A stretch of DNA of 64,000 nucleotides from Actinomycetota bacterium. GTDB taxonomy: Bacteria; Actinomycetota; UBA4738; HRBIN12. A model generated the notes under the pieces. The model saw only the letters and a program-made list of their open reading frames with translations, was not told the DNA's origin and ran no database searches. This document shows positions 9,581 to 18,462 of the stretch, piece by piece. The stretch lies in the NCBI GenBank assembly GCA_036280655.1, contig DASUQI010000037.1, positions 8,735 through 72,734 on the forward strand, given 5' to 3'. Position numbers and translations under genes: made by a program. Each line of letters starts with the position of its first letter. Positions within the stretch are counted from its first letter, which is position 1.

Positions 9581-9976
9581 TCAGTCCTTGTAGCGGATCA
9601 CACGGCGGGGGCGGATCCACAGGATCTCGCGCTCCTGCCCCGGGGTGTAGCTGTAACCGTGCCCGTCGTACCGGTGCGACAGCTCGTCGATGTGGCGCTC
9701 GGCACGCTCGCCGGTCTCGAACCGCACGACCGTCCCAGTGACCGAGATCCAGTCGTACGCGTCGCCGCCGTTCATGACCGAGACCGCGACCCGCGGGTTG
9801 GCCTCGCAGTTCCGGTGCTTCACGCGCCCCTTCGCCGTGTTGATCAGGACGTGACCGTCCTCGGCGTCGACCCAGGTGATCGTCGCGTGCGGCGACCCGT
9901 TCGGGCCGATCGTCACGAATGTCGCGTAGTTGGTCCCGGTCAGCATCTCGAGGTCCTTCTGCGTGAGCTCAACCAT
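9581..9976 (-). CDS. PPOX-class (pyridoxamine 5'-phosphate oxidase-like) F420-dependent family protein.
   Basis: 131 aa split-barrel: ...ATFVTIGPNGSPHATITWVDAEDGHVLINTAKGRVKHRN.... Confidence 0.7.
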   Translation of the reverse strand: MVELTQKDLEMLTGTNYATFVTIGPNGSPHATITWVDAEDGHVLINTAKGRVKHRNCEANPRVAVSVMNGGDAYDWISVTGTVVRFETGERAERHIDELSHRYDGHGYSYTPGQEREILWIRPRRVIRYKD

Positions 9977-11771
9977 CGGCCGCCGCTTCCTCCCCTCGCT
10001 CGGGCTTCTCCGGCTTCACGATCACCGCGAGGCCCAGCTCGCGGAGCTGCTCCCCCGACGCCGGCGCCGGGGCGCCGGTGAGGGGGTCGGCGCCGGACTG
10101 CGCCTTCGGGAACGCCGTCACGTCGCGGATCGTCTCCTTGCCCGCCATGAGCATGACGAGCCGGTCGATCCCCATCGCGATCCCCCCGTGGGGGGGAACG
10201 CCGTACCGGAACGCGTTCAGCAGGTGACCGAACTGCTCCTCGATCTCCTCGTCCGACAGCCCGAGCACCTCGAACACGCGGTGCTGCACGTCGGGGCGGT
10301 GGATCCGGATGCTCCCGCCGCCGACCTCATGGCCGTTCAGCACGAGGTCGTAGCCTCGCGACCTCGCGGTCTCCGGGTTCAGGTCGTCGGTGGCCGGCGC
10401 CGTGAACGGGTGGTGGGCCGAGACCCACTTGCCCTCGTCCTCGCTCCACTCGAACAGCGGCGGGTCGACGAGCCAGCAGAACCGCCACTCCCCCTCCGGG
10501 ACGAGGCCGAGCCGGTCGGCCATGAAGCGCCGCAGGCCGTCGAGCGCCACGTGGGTCCGGTCCGTCCGGTCCGCGACGATCAGGACGAGGTCGCCGGGTC
10601 CCGCGTCGGTGGCCTTCCGCACGCCCTCGATCTCGTCGGCGGACAGGTGCTTCTCGACCGGAGAGCGGATGCCGTCGTCCTCGAACGCGAACCAGACGAG
10701 CCCCGCCGCGCCGCGCGACTTCGCCACCTGCACGAGGTCATCGAGCTCCTTGCGCGAGAGCTCGGCGCCCCCCGGCGCGGCCAGCCCCTTCACGAGGCCG
10801 CCGTCCGAGAGCACCGACGCGAACGCGCGGAAGCCGGTGTCCGCGAAGATCTCGCCGAGCTCCACGAGCTCCATCCCGTACCGCAGGTCCGCCTTGTCGG
10901 TGCCGAACCGGGAGACCATCTCCTCGTACGTCATCCTCGGGAACGGGATGCCGACGTCGACGCCCTGCGTCTCGCGGACGACTCGCGCGTAGAGCGGTTC
11001 GATCACCGCGAACACGTCCTCCTGGTCGACGAACGACATCTCGACGTCGAGCTGCGTGAACTCGAAGCTGCGGTCGGCGCGCGGCTGCTCGTCGCGCAGG
11101 CATCGGACGATCTGGTAGTAGCGGTCCTGGCCCGCCACCATCAGGAGCTGCTTCAGCTGCTGCGGCGACTGCGGCAGCGCGTAGAACGTGCCCGGCCACA
11201 GGCGCGAGGGGACCATGAAGTCGCGGGCGCCCTCGGGCGTGCTCCGTCCGAGGATCGGCGTCTCGATCTCGAGGAACCCGCGCGCCTCCATCTCCTCCCG
11301 CACGATCCGGTTGATCGTGTGGCGGAGCGCGAGCACCTTCGTCATCTCGGGACGCCGCAGGTCGAGGTACCGGAAGCGGAGGCGCAGCTCCTCGGAGGCC
11401 TCGATCCGGTCCTCGATCACGAACGGCGGCGTCTCGGCCTCGGACAGGACCTCGAGCCCGGAGACCGCGACCTCTATCTCCCCCGTGGGAAGCTCGGGGT
11501 TCACGGTCCCCGCCGGGCGTTCGCGCACCTCGCCGGTGACGCGGACTACCGTCTCCGACCCCAGGTGTTGGGCGTCCGCGTGCGCCTCGGACGCCTTCTC
11601 CGGATGGAAGACGAGCTGCACGAGGCCCTGCCGGTCGCGAAGGTCGACGAACGTCACGCCGCCGTGATCGCGTCGGCGCCAGACCCAACCGCACAGCGTC
11701 ACCGGCGCGCCGACGTCGCTCGCGCGTAGGTCGCCGCACGCGTGCGTCCGCATCACCGTTCGAAGATTCAT
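9969..11771 (-). CDS. aspS: Aspartate--tRNA ligase.
   Basis: C-terminal 600 aa of track ORF 9969..13331: MNLRTVMRTHACGDL...FVDLRDRQG...class II motifs...GGGSIRIH. Start ATG at 11771 forms an ATGA overlap with the hisS stop (ATG at 11753 is an alternative). The upstream part of the 1120-aa track ORF is read-through in hisS antisense. Confidence 0.92.
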   Translation of the reverse strand: MNLRTVMRTHACGDLRASDVGAPVTLCGWVWRRRDHGGVTFVDLRDRQGLVQLVFHPEKASEAHADAQHLGSETVVRVTGEVRERPAGTVNPELPTGEIEVAVSGLEVLSEAETPPFVIEDRIEASEELRLRFRYLDLRRPEMTKVLALRHTINRIVREEMEARGFLEIETPILGRSTPEGARDFMVPSRLWPGTFYALPQSPQQLKQLLMVAGQDRYYQIVRCLRDEQPRADRSFEFTQLDVEMSFVDQEDVFAVIEPLYARVVRETQGVDVGIPFPRMTYEEMVSRFGTDKADLRYGMELVELGEIFADTGFRAFASVLSDGGLVKGLAAPGGAELSRKELDDLVQVAKSRGAAGLVWFAFEDDGIRSPVEKHLSADEIEGVRKATDAGPGDLVLIVADRTDRTHVALDGLRRFMADRLGLVPEGEWRFCWLVDPPLFEWSEDEGKWVSAHHPFTAPATDDLNPETARSRGYDLVLNGHEVGGGSIRIHRPDVQHRVFEVLGLSDEEIEEQFGHLLNAFRYGVPPHGGIAMGIDRLVMLMAGKETIRDVTAFPKAQSGADPLTGAPAPASGEQLRELGLAVIVKPEKPERGEEAAADG

Positions 11772-13042
11772 CGCTCCGCCGCCCAGTCGGTCCGGGACAG
11801 CCAGTTCACCACATCGTCGATCGGCACCTCGTCCTGCTCGCCGTCGGCCAGCCGACGCATCGTGGCCGCGCCCGCCGCGACCTCGCGTTCGCCGAGGATC
11901 ACCGCATAGGCGGCGCCCGACCGGTCGGCCATCTTCAGCTGCGCCTTCAGCGGTCGCTCCTCGTACGCCGACTCCGCAGGGATCCCGGCCGTCCGGAGGG
12001 CCTCGACGACGCGCGTTCCGACCGCCGCCGCCTCGGTCCCGATCGACACGACGAAGCACGCGACCGGTCGCACGCTCGGACGCTCTCCGCCCTCGGCGTC
12101 GAGCGCGACGAGCGTGCGGTCGAGGCCGAGGGCGAACCCCACGCCGGGCGTCGGCGGACCCCCGAGGACCTCCGCGAGCCCGTCGTACCGGCCGCCCCCG
12201 CACACCGTCGCCTGGGCCTGTGAGAGCGCGCCCGAGACGAACTCGAACGTGGTCCGCGTGTAGTAGTCGAGCCCGCGGACGAGGCGTGGGTCGTGCACGA
12301 ACGCGACCCCCAACGCGTCCAGCCCGTTGCGGACGGCGGCGAAGTGCTCCGCGCAAGGCTGGCACAGGTGATCCGAGATCACCGGCGCCTCCTGCACGAG
12401 CGGGGTCGGACCGTCCACCTTGCAGTCGAACACCCGGAGCGGGTTCGTTCGAAGCCGGACCCGGCAGTCTTCGTCGAGCTCGTCCCGGTGCGGCTCGAGG
12501 TGCGCGATCAGGAGCTCGCGATACGCGGGCCGGCACTCGCCGTCGCCGATCGAGTTCACGCGGAGCGCCAGGTCCGCGAGGCCGCGTCCGCGAAGGTACC
12601 GGTCCCCCACCGCGACGATCTCGACGTCCGCGGCCGGCCCGGCCACGCCGATCATCTCGATCCCGAACTGGCGGAACTCCCGGAGCCGCCCCGCCTGCGG
12701 TCGCCCGTGTCGGAACTGCGTCGCGACGTAGTACGCCTTGAACGGCGTCGGCAGCTCCTGCGCGTGCGCGAGGTACGCGCGAACCACGCTCGCGGTCTGC
12801 TCGGGCCGCAGTGTGAGCGAGCGGCCCCCCTTGTCCTCGAACGTGTACATCTCCTTCGTCACAACGTCGGAGGTCTCGCCCGACGTGCGTGCGAATAGCT
12901 CCGTGTGCTCGAACGTCGGCGTCTCCGCGTACCGGAACCCGTAGAGCCGCGCGATCCGGTGCGCGGCGTCGTACAGGCCGAGCATCGCCTCGGAGTCCGC
13001 TGGGAGGAGGTCGACCGTGCCGCGCGGCGGCTGCAGCTCCAC
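11768..13042 (-). CDS. hisS: Histidine--tRNA ligase.
   Basis: 424 aa: MELQPPRGTVDLLPADS...RYLRGRGL...GGGRYDGL... plus an anticodon-binding domain. Confidence 0.93.
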   Translation of the reverse strand: MELQPPRGTVDLLPADSEAMLGLYDAAHRIARLYGFRYAETPTFEHTELFARTSGETSDVVTKEMYTFEDKGGRSLTLRPEQTASVVRAYLAHAQELPTPFKAYYVATQFRHGRPQAGRLREFRQFGIEMIGVAGPAADVEIVAVGDRYLRGRGLADLALRVNSIGDGECRPAYRELLIAHLEPHRDELDEDCRVRLRTNPLRVFDCKVDGPTPLVQEAPVISDHLCQPCAEHFAAVRNGLDALGVAFVHDPRLVRGLDYYTRTTFEFVSGALSQAQATVCGGGRYDGLAEVLGGPPTPGVGFALGLDRTLVALDAEGGERPSVRPVACFVVSIGTEAAAVGTRVVEALRTAGIPAESAYEERPLKAQLKMADRSGAAYAVILGEREVAAGAATMRRLADGEQDEVPIDDVVNWLSRTDWAAER

Positions 13043-13044
13043 GC

Positions 13045-13662
13045 TCAGAGGTCCTGCAGGAACGGGTTCGTCGCGCGCTCGCGCTCGACGGTGGTCCGGG
13101 GACCGTGTCCGGGCAGCACGTCGAGGCCGTCGGGGAGCTCGAGGAACCGCCGGAGGCTCCGCTGCATCTCTGCCGGGTTCGAGTTCGGGAAGTCGCTGCG
13201 ACCCACCGAGCCGGCGAACACCACGTCGCCCGAGAGCACCCAGCCGTCGGTCCGGAACACGACGCTCCCCGGGGTGTGCCCGGGCGTGTGGAGCACCTCG
13301 ATCCGGAACCCGGCGAACGTGAGCACGTCACCGTCCGAGAGGGTCCGCACGTCCTTCACGGGCAGAGGCGGCACGTCGCGGCTCGCGCCCCACCCCCTCG
13401 GGTCGGTGAGCGCCTGGACGTCGGCCTCATGGATGTGGAATGGCAGGTCGTCGCCGCAGAACTCGTGGGCCGCCCCGACGTGGTCGAAGTGCCCGTGGGT
13501 GGCGAGCACGGCGACGGGACGCTTGCCTTCGCTCTCGAGCATCGCGTGCACCCGCTCCGGCGAGAAGCCGGGGTCGACGACCACGGCGTCGTCCGTGCCG
13601 TCGGCGGCGATCAGCCAGCAGTTGGTCTCGAACGAGTTGTCGGAGAAGACGTCGAGGTACAT
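13045..13662 (-). CDS. MBL-fold metallo-hydrolase (glyoxalase II-like).
   Basis: THGHFDHVGA motif (HxHxDH), ...HTPGHTPGS. Confidence 0.85.
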   Translation of the reverse strand: MYLDVFSDNSFETNCWLIAADGTDDAVVVDPGFSPERVHAMLESEGKRPVAVLATHGHFDHVGAAHEFCGDDLPFHIHEADVQALTDPRGWGASRDVPPLPVKDVRTLSDGDVLTFAGFRIEVLHTPGHTPGSVVFRTDGWVLSGDVVFAGSVGRSDFPNSNPAEMQRSLRRFLELPDGLDVLPGHGPRTTVERERATNPFLQDL

Positions 13663-13739
13663 GCGGGGCAGTCTATCCGCAGGCAGGCGAGGCCCAGCCC
13701 GGCGGGGCTCGTGTCGTCCCCGAGGGGTAGGCTCGCAGG

Positions 13740-14003
13740 GTGAAGGGCGACCGCGTGGAGATCGTCGTGGACTCGGGCGCCGGCGTGCTCACGTACGAGA
13801 TCGAGGCCACGAGGGCGGGGCGCCGCGTTGAGGTCAGCACCTCGCGCGGTGTGATCGAGGTCACCGAGGTCACCAGGAGCGGGGCGCCGGTCCGCAGCGG
13901 CCGGTTCATGGCCGAGCGGGTGGTGGCGCTCGTCGAGCACCCCGCGCCGCTCGTCGCCACGCGGGGCCGGCGGCCGGCGAGGAACCAGGCCCGCCTGCTC
14001 TGA
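13740..14003 (+). CDS. Hypothetical small protein (87 aa).
   Basis: GTG-start ORF in the only gap between the MBL and dtd genes. A GAGGGG motif lies about 15 nt upstream. Composition is reasonable, with no recognisable domain. Confidence 0.3.
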   Translation: MKGDRVEIVVDSGAGVLTYEIEATRAGRRVEVSTSRGVIEVTEVTRSGAPVRSGRFMAERVVALVEHPAPLVATRGRRPARNQARLL

Positions 14004-14021
14004 GCCGCCCGAGCAAGACGG

Positions 14022-14468
14022 TCAGAGCCCGGCCGCGTCGATCCAGAGCGTGACCGGGCCGTCGTTCACGAGCTCCACCCGCATGTGCTCGCGGAACGCA
14101 CCCCGCCTCACCGTCGCGCCCCGGCCCTCGAGCGTCTTCGCGAAGGCCTCGACCCGGTCCTCGGCGACCTCGGGCGGGGCGGCGCCGTCCCACGAGGGCC
14201 GGCGGCCCTTGCGCACGTCGCCGTAGAGCGTGAACTGCGGCACCACGAGGATCTCGCCGCCGACGTCGGAGAGCGAGCGGTTCATCTTGCCCTGCTCGTC
14301 CTCGAACACCCGCAGGTTGAAGACCTTCTCGGCCAGGCGGTCGTACTCCCCGAACGCGTCGTCCTTCCCTACGCCCACGAGGAGCAGGAGCCCGGGTCCG
14401 ATCTCGGCGACGAGCTCGTCGCGGACCCGGACCGAGGCGCGGGAGACCCGCTGGAGCAGGATCCTCAA
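14022..14468 (-). CDS. dtd: D-aminoacyl-tRNA deacylase.
   Basis: 148 aa: (M)RILLQRVSRASVRV...LLLLVGVGKDD...ILVVPQFTLYGD...GRRPSW. A TTG start overlaps the rel stop (TTGA). The rest of the 901-aa track ORF is an artefact. Confidence 0.85.
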   Translation of the reverse strand: MRILLQRVSRASVRVRDELVAEIGPGLLLLVGVGKDDAFGEYDRLAEKVFNLRVFEDEQGKMNRSLSDVGGEILVVPQFTLYGDVRKGRRPSWDGAAPPEVAEDRVEAFAKTLEGRGATVRRGAFREHMRVELVNDGPVTLWIDAAGL

Positions 14469-16723
14469 CGCGGCACGACGCGGAACGCGTCGTAGACGTT
14501 CTCGACCTTCTTCACCGCGCCCAGGATCTCGGCGAGGTGCGCGATGTCCGCGAGCTCGAACGTGAACCGCAGCATCGTCGTCCGGTCGCGCCCGACGGCG
14601 GAGGTGGCCGACAGGATGTTCACGTGGTGGTCCGAGAGCACGGTCGCCACGTCCGAAAGCAGCCGCGTCCGGTCGAGCGCCTCCACCTGGATCGCGACCA
14701 CGAACGAGGTGGGCTTGCCGGCGCGCCACGAGACATCGATCAGGCGCTCGGGCTGGCCGAGCAGCGACTTCGCGTTCGGGCAGTCGGTACGGTGGACGCT
14801 CACGCCCTGGCCGCGGGTCACGAACCCGAGGATCTGGTCGCCGGGCACCGGCGTGCAGCACCGGGCGAGCCGAACCCACACGTCGGCCGAGCCCGGGACC
14901 TCGACGCCCGAGGTGACGTCCGTCGTCGCCGACGGCTCGCCGAGCCGGACGGGGCGCGCGAGCGGCACCTCGGTGACGTCCTCCTCGGTGGTGCCCTGGA
15001 GCGACCGCGCGAGCCGGGCGACGATCGACTGCGGAGAGACGTGTCCCTCGCCGATCGCGACGTACATCGATTCCAGGCTCGGGAACTTCATCTCGTCCGC
15101 GAGCTGCTCGAGCGCCTCCTCGGTGGCCAGGCGCTTGAACGGGACGTTCTGCTTGCGCATCAACCGCTGGAGCTGCTCGCGCCCGTCCTCGAGCGCGTCC
15201 TCGCGGCGCTCGCGGCTGAACCACTGCCGGATCTTGTTGCGTGCCCGCGGCGTCTTCACCCACCGGAGCCAGTCGCGCGAGGGCCCCTCGCCCTGGGCCT
15301 TCGACGTCAGGACCTCGACGGTGTCGCCGGTGCGCAGCTCGTAGTCGAGCGGCACGAGCTTGCCGTTCACCTTGGCGCCGATCGTGCGGTGCCCCACCTC
15401 GGTGTGGATCGAGTACGCGAAGTCGACCGGCGTCGCGCCGGCCGGCAGGTTCAGCACATCGCCCTTCGGGGTGAAGCAGAAGACCTGGCCGCCGTACAGG
15501 TCGATCTTCAGGCCCTCCATGAACTCGCGCGGGTCGGCCATGTCCTTCAGCCACTCGAGCATCTGGCCGAGCCACGCCAGGTCGGCGGCCTCCTTCGCCT
15601 TCTTCCCGTCGCGTCCTTCCTTGTAGCGCCAGTGGGCCGCGATCCCGAACTCGGCCGTGCGGTGCATCTCCCGCGTGCGGATCTGCACCTCGATCGGCCG
15701 ACCCTGCGGACCGACCACGGTGGTGTGCAGCGACTGGTACATGTTGTTCTTGGGCATCGCGACGTAGTCCTTGAAGCGCCCGGGCACGGGCTTCCACAGG
15801 GAATGGACGGCGCCGAGCGCGGCGTAGACGTCGCGGACCGAGTCGACGAGGATGCGGACGCCGGCGAGGTCGTAGATCTCGTTGAACTCCTTGCCGCCGA
15901 TCACCATCTTCTCGTAGATCGAGTACAGATGCTTCGGGCGCCCGATCACCTCGGCCTTGACGCCTGACTCCCGCAGGCGCGTCTCGGCGGCGTCGAGCAC
16001 GGCGTCGACGTACTGCTGCCGTTCGCCGCGACGGCGTTCGACGAGGCTCGCGATCTCGCGGTACGGGCCGGGGTGCAGGGCCTTGAACGAGAGGTCCTCG
16101 AGCTCCCACTTCACCTGCTGGACCCCCAGGCGATGCGCGAGCGGCGCGTAGATCTCGAGCGTCGCCGTCGCGATCCGGCGCTGCTTGTCCGGCGGGAGCG
16201 CGGACAGCGTCCGCATGTTGTGGAGCCGGTCGGCGAGCTTGATCAGCAGGACGCGGATGTCGCCCGCCATCGCGACGATCATCTTGCGGACGTTCTCCGC
16301 CTGTTCGTGCTCCCGGCTGCGGAACGAGAGCGCGTCGAGCTTGGTGAGCCCGTCCACGATCCGCGCGACCTCCGGACCGAAGTCCGTCTCGAGATCGGCG
16401 ATCGTGACGTCGGTGTCCTCGACCGTGTCGTGAAGGAGCGCCGCCTCGAGCGTCGTGGTGTCGAGCCCGAGGTCCGCCAGGATCTGCGCGACGGCCAGGG
16501 GATGCTCGATGAAGTCCTCGCCCGACAGGCGCTTCTGCCCCTCGTGGTGCTCTGCGGCGAACCGGTAGGCCCGCTCGATCTCCTTGAGATCCGCCTTGGC
16601 GTTGTAGCCCTTGACCGTTCGGGTCAGCGCGTCGATCCCGTCGCGCGGCTCCGAGTCGCCGGGCCGCAGGCGCGCGAGCAGGCCCCCCCGTCGCTCGGTC
16701 TTGAGCTGCTCGGAGCCTTCCAC
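14465..16723 (-). CDS. rel: Bifunctional (p)ppGpp synthetase/hydrolase.
   Basis: HD domain (HPLAVAQILADLGLD...LLHDTVEDT), synthetase domain (…RFKDYVAMPKNNMYQSLHTTV…), TGS and ACT domains. Start is proposed at a GTG preceded by GGGGG (RBS-like) 58 nt after apt. The track start at 16828 would overlap apt. Confidence 0.92.
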   Translation of the reverse strand: MEGSEQLKTERRGGLLARLRPGDSEPRDGIDALTRTVKGYNAKADLKEIERAYRFAAEHHEGQKRLSGEDFIEHPLAVAQILADLGLDTTTLEAALLHDTVEDTDVTIADLETDFGPEVARIVDGLTKLDALSFRSREHEQAENVRKMIVAMAGDIRVLLIKLADRLHNMRTLSALPPDKQRRIATATLEIYAPLAHRLGVQQVKWELEDLSFKALHPGPYREIASLVERRRGERQQYVDAVLDAAETRLRESGVKAEVIGRPKHLYSIYEKMVIGGKEFNEIYDLAGVRILVDSVRDVYAALGAVHSLWKPVPGRFKDYVAMPKNNMYQSLHTTVVGPQGRPIEVQIRTREMHRTAEFGIAAHWRYKEGRDGKKAKEAADLAWLGQMLEWLKDMADPREFMEGLKIDLYGGQVFCFTPKGDVLNLPAGATPVDFAYSIHTEVGHRTIGAKVNGKLVPLDYELRTGDTVEVLTSKAQGEGPSRDWLRWVKTPRARNKIRQWFSRERREDALEDGREQLQRLMRKQNVPFKRLATEEALEQLADEMKFPSLESMYVAIGEGHVSPQSIVARLARSLQGTTEEDVTEVPLARPVRLGEPSATTDVTSGVEVPGSADVWVRLARCCTPVPGDQILGFVTRGQGVSVHRTDCPNAKSLLGQPERLIDVSWRAGKPTSFVVAIQVEALDRTRLLSDVATVLSDHHVNILSATSAVGRDRTTMLRFTFELADIAHLAEILGAVKKVENVYDAFRVVPR

Positions 16724-16781
16724 GCACTCACCCCCGTGGAGGCAGTGTACGCCGCGAGCGGCGCGGATCCGGCGCTCGGGT

Positions 16782-17303
16782 TCAGTACCGCAGCAGCGTG
16801 AACAGCTCGTACCCGTCGAGCTTGTCACGCCCGTTCAGGAACGCGAGCTCGATCAGGCAGGCGATGCCGACCACCTTGCCGCCGATACGTTCGACGAGCT
16901 CCGCGGTAGCCTTGGCGGTCCCGCCGGTCGCGAGCACGTCGTCGACGATCAGCACCCGCTCGCCGTGGGCGACCGCGTCGCGGTGGATCTCGAGCGTGGC
17001 GGTGCCGTACTCGAGCGCGTACTCGGCGGCCTCGGTCTCCCAGGGCAACTTGTCGACCTTGCGTACCGGGACGAACCCCGCGCCGAAGTGGTACGCGACC
17101 GGCGACGCGAGGATGAACCCGCGCGCCTCGATGCCCACCACCTTGTCGACGTTGCCGCGCCCGAAGTGCACCACGGTCAGGTCGATCACGGTCGAGAACG
17201 CGAGCTCGTCCGCGAGGAGCGGCGTGATGTCCTTGAAGACGATCCCCTCCTGAGGGAAGTCGGGCACGTCACGCACGAGCGCCTTCAGCTGGTCGAGCTC
17301 CAC
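16782..17303 (-). CDS. apt: Adenine phosphoribosyltransferase.
   Basis: 173 aa: ...VLIVDDVLATGGTAKA... PRTase motif. Confidence 0.9.
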   Translation of the reverse strand: MELDQLKALVRDVPDFPQEGIVFKDITPLLADELAFSTVIDLTVVHFGRGNVDKVVGIEARGFILASPVAYHFGAGFVPVRKVDKLPWETEAAEYALEYGTATLEIHRDAVAHGERVLIVDDVLATGGTAKATAELVERIGGKVVGIACLIELAFLNGRDKLDGYELFTLLRY

Positions 17304-17307
17304 GGGA

Positions 17308-18462
17308 TCACCTCCGCCGACGTTTGGCGGGCGGGCGCCGCTTGCTCTTGGGACGCGGCCTGGACGATGGGGTCCCGGAGCGTCTAGCCGCGGACGACGT
17401 GGCGGCCGTGGACGACGCCGCGGCTGCGAGCTCCTGCTGCACCACCTCCGGCTCCTCCTGCTCGGCGTCCCGGGTGGGGACCGCCCGCAGGCGCCGGGCG
17501 CTCGGGCGCCCCTCGAGCCGTGCCCGGAGCTGCTGGTAGCGCGGCTCGCGCTCCTTGAGGACCACGAGGATCGGCGTGGCCACGAAGATCGACGAGTACG
17601 CGCCGGTCACGACCCCGATCAGCATCGCGAACGCGAAGTCCTTGAGCGTCTGCCCGCCGAAGAGCAGCAGCGACAGGATCGGCAACACGACCACGAGCGA
17701 GGTGTTCACCGAACGCATCAGCACCTGGTTCATCGAGGCGTTCGCGACGGCCTCGTACGTGTCCTTGCCCAGTGCCGCGGTGGACTCGACGTTCTCCTTG
17801 ACCTTGTCGTAGATCACGACGGTGTCGTAGAGCGAGAACCCCAGGATCGTGAGGATCGCGATCACGGTAGCCGGCGAGACCTCCCGGCCGGTGAGCGCGT
17901 ACACCCCCGCCGTGATGATCACGTCGTGGACCATCGCGACCATCGCCCCGAGCGCCATCTTCCACTCGAACCGCAGCGTGATGTAGAGCGTGATCGTGAT
18001 CAGCACGATCAGGAGACCGATCAGCGCCTGCCGCGAGATCTGTTCGCCCCACGTGGGTCCCACGACCTGCGCGCTGATGTCGTCGGCGGGGATCCCCGCC
18101 TGTTCGGCCAGCGCGTCGAACAGCTGCGTCCGCTCCTCGGCCGACAGGTCGGTAAGCGCGGTCGTGCGGATCGAGACCCGGTCGGTGCCGGCGATCTGGA
18201 TCTCGGCGCTCTCCCGCGCGTACGGTTCGGACTCCAGGAGCCCGCGGATGTCCTCGACGCTCGCGCCGGTGGCGAGCCGGTACTCGATCAACGTTCCCCC
18301 CGTGAAGTCGATCGAGTAGTTCAGCCCCCGCCAGAACAACCCCAGCAGGCAGACGGCGATCACGACGCCCGAGACGATCGCCCACCGGCGGCGCTGCTGG
18401 ACGATGTGGAACTCCGGGTGCCGGTATCCGCGGAAGGTGTCGAGTGCGCGACGGAGGCTCAT
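17308..18462 (-). CDS. secF: Protein translocase subunit SecF (with a basic, Ser/Ala-rich C-terminal tail).
   Basis: 384 aa with a six-TM SecF core. 4-nt overlap with secD. Confidence 0.92.
   Translation of the reverse strand: MSLRRALDTFRGYRHPEFHIVQQRRRWAIVSGVVIAVCLLGLFWRGLNYSIDFTGGTLIEYRLATGASVEDIRGLLESEPYARESAEIQIAGTDRVSIRTTALTDLSAEERTQLFDALAEQAGIPADDISAQVVGPTWGEQISRQALIGLLIVLITITLYITLRFEWKMALGAMVAMVHDVIITAGVYALTGREVSPATVIAILTILGFSLYDTVVIYDKVKENVESTAALGKDTYEAVANASMNQVLMRSVNTSLVVVLPILSLLLFGGQTLKDFAFAMLIGVVTGAYSSIFVATPILVVLKEREPRYQQLRARLEGRPSARRLRAVPTRDAEQEEPEVVQQELAAAASSTAATSSAARRSGTPSSRPRPKSKRRPPAKRRRR

Noticed and set aside
7331-10081. 916-aa plus-strand ORF (and 9930..11729, 10738..11739).
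   Set aside because: Spans several well-supported minus-strand genes (rarA, PPOX, aspS). Its composition is a frame artefact.
9969-13331. 1120-aa minus ORF presented as one protein.
   Set aside because: Only the C-terminal about 600 aa (AspS) are real. The upstream part is an alternative frame across hisS, with no stop by chance.
14022-16727. 901-aa minus ORF.
   Set aside because: Only the last 148 codons (dtd) are genuine. The rest is an off-frame reading of rel.
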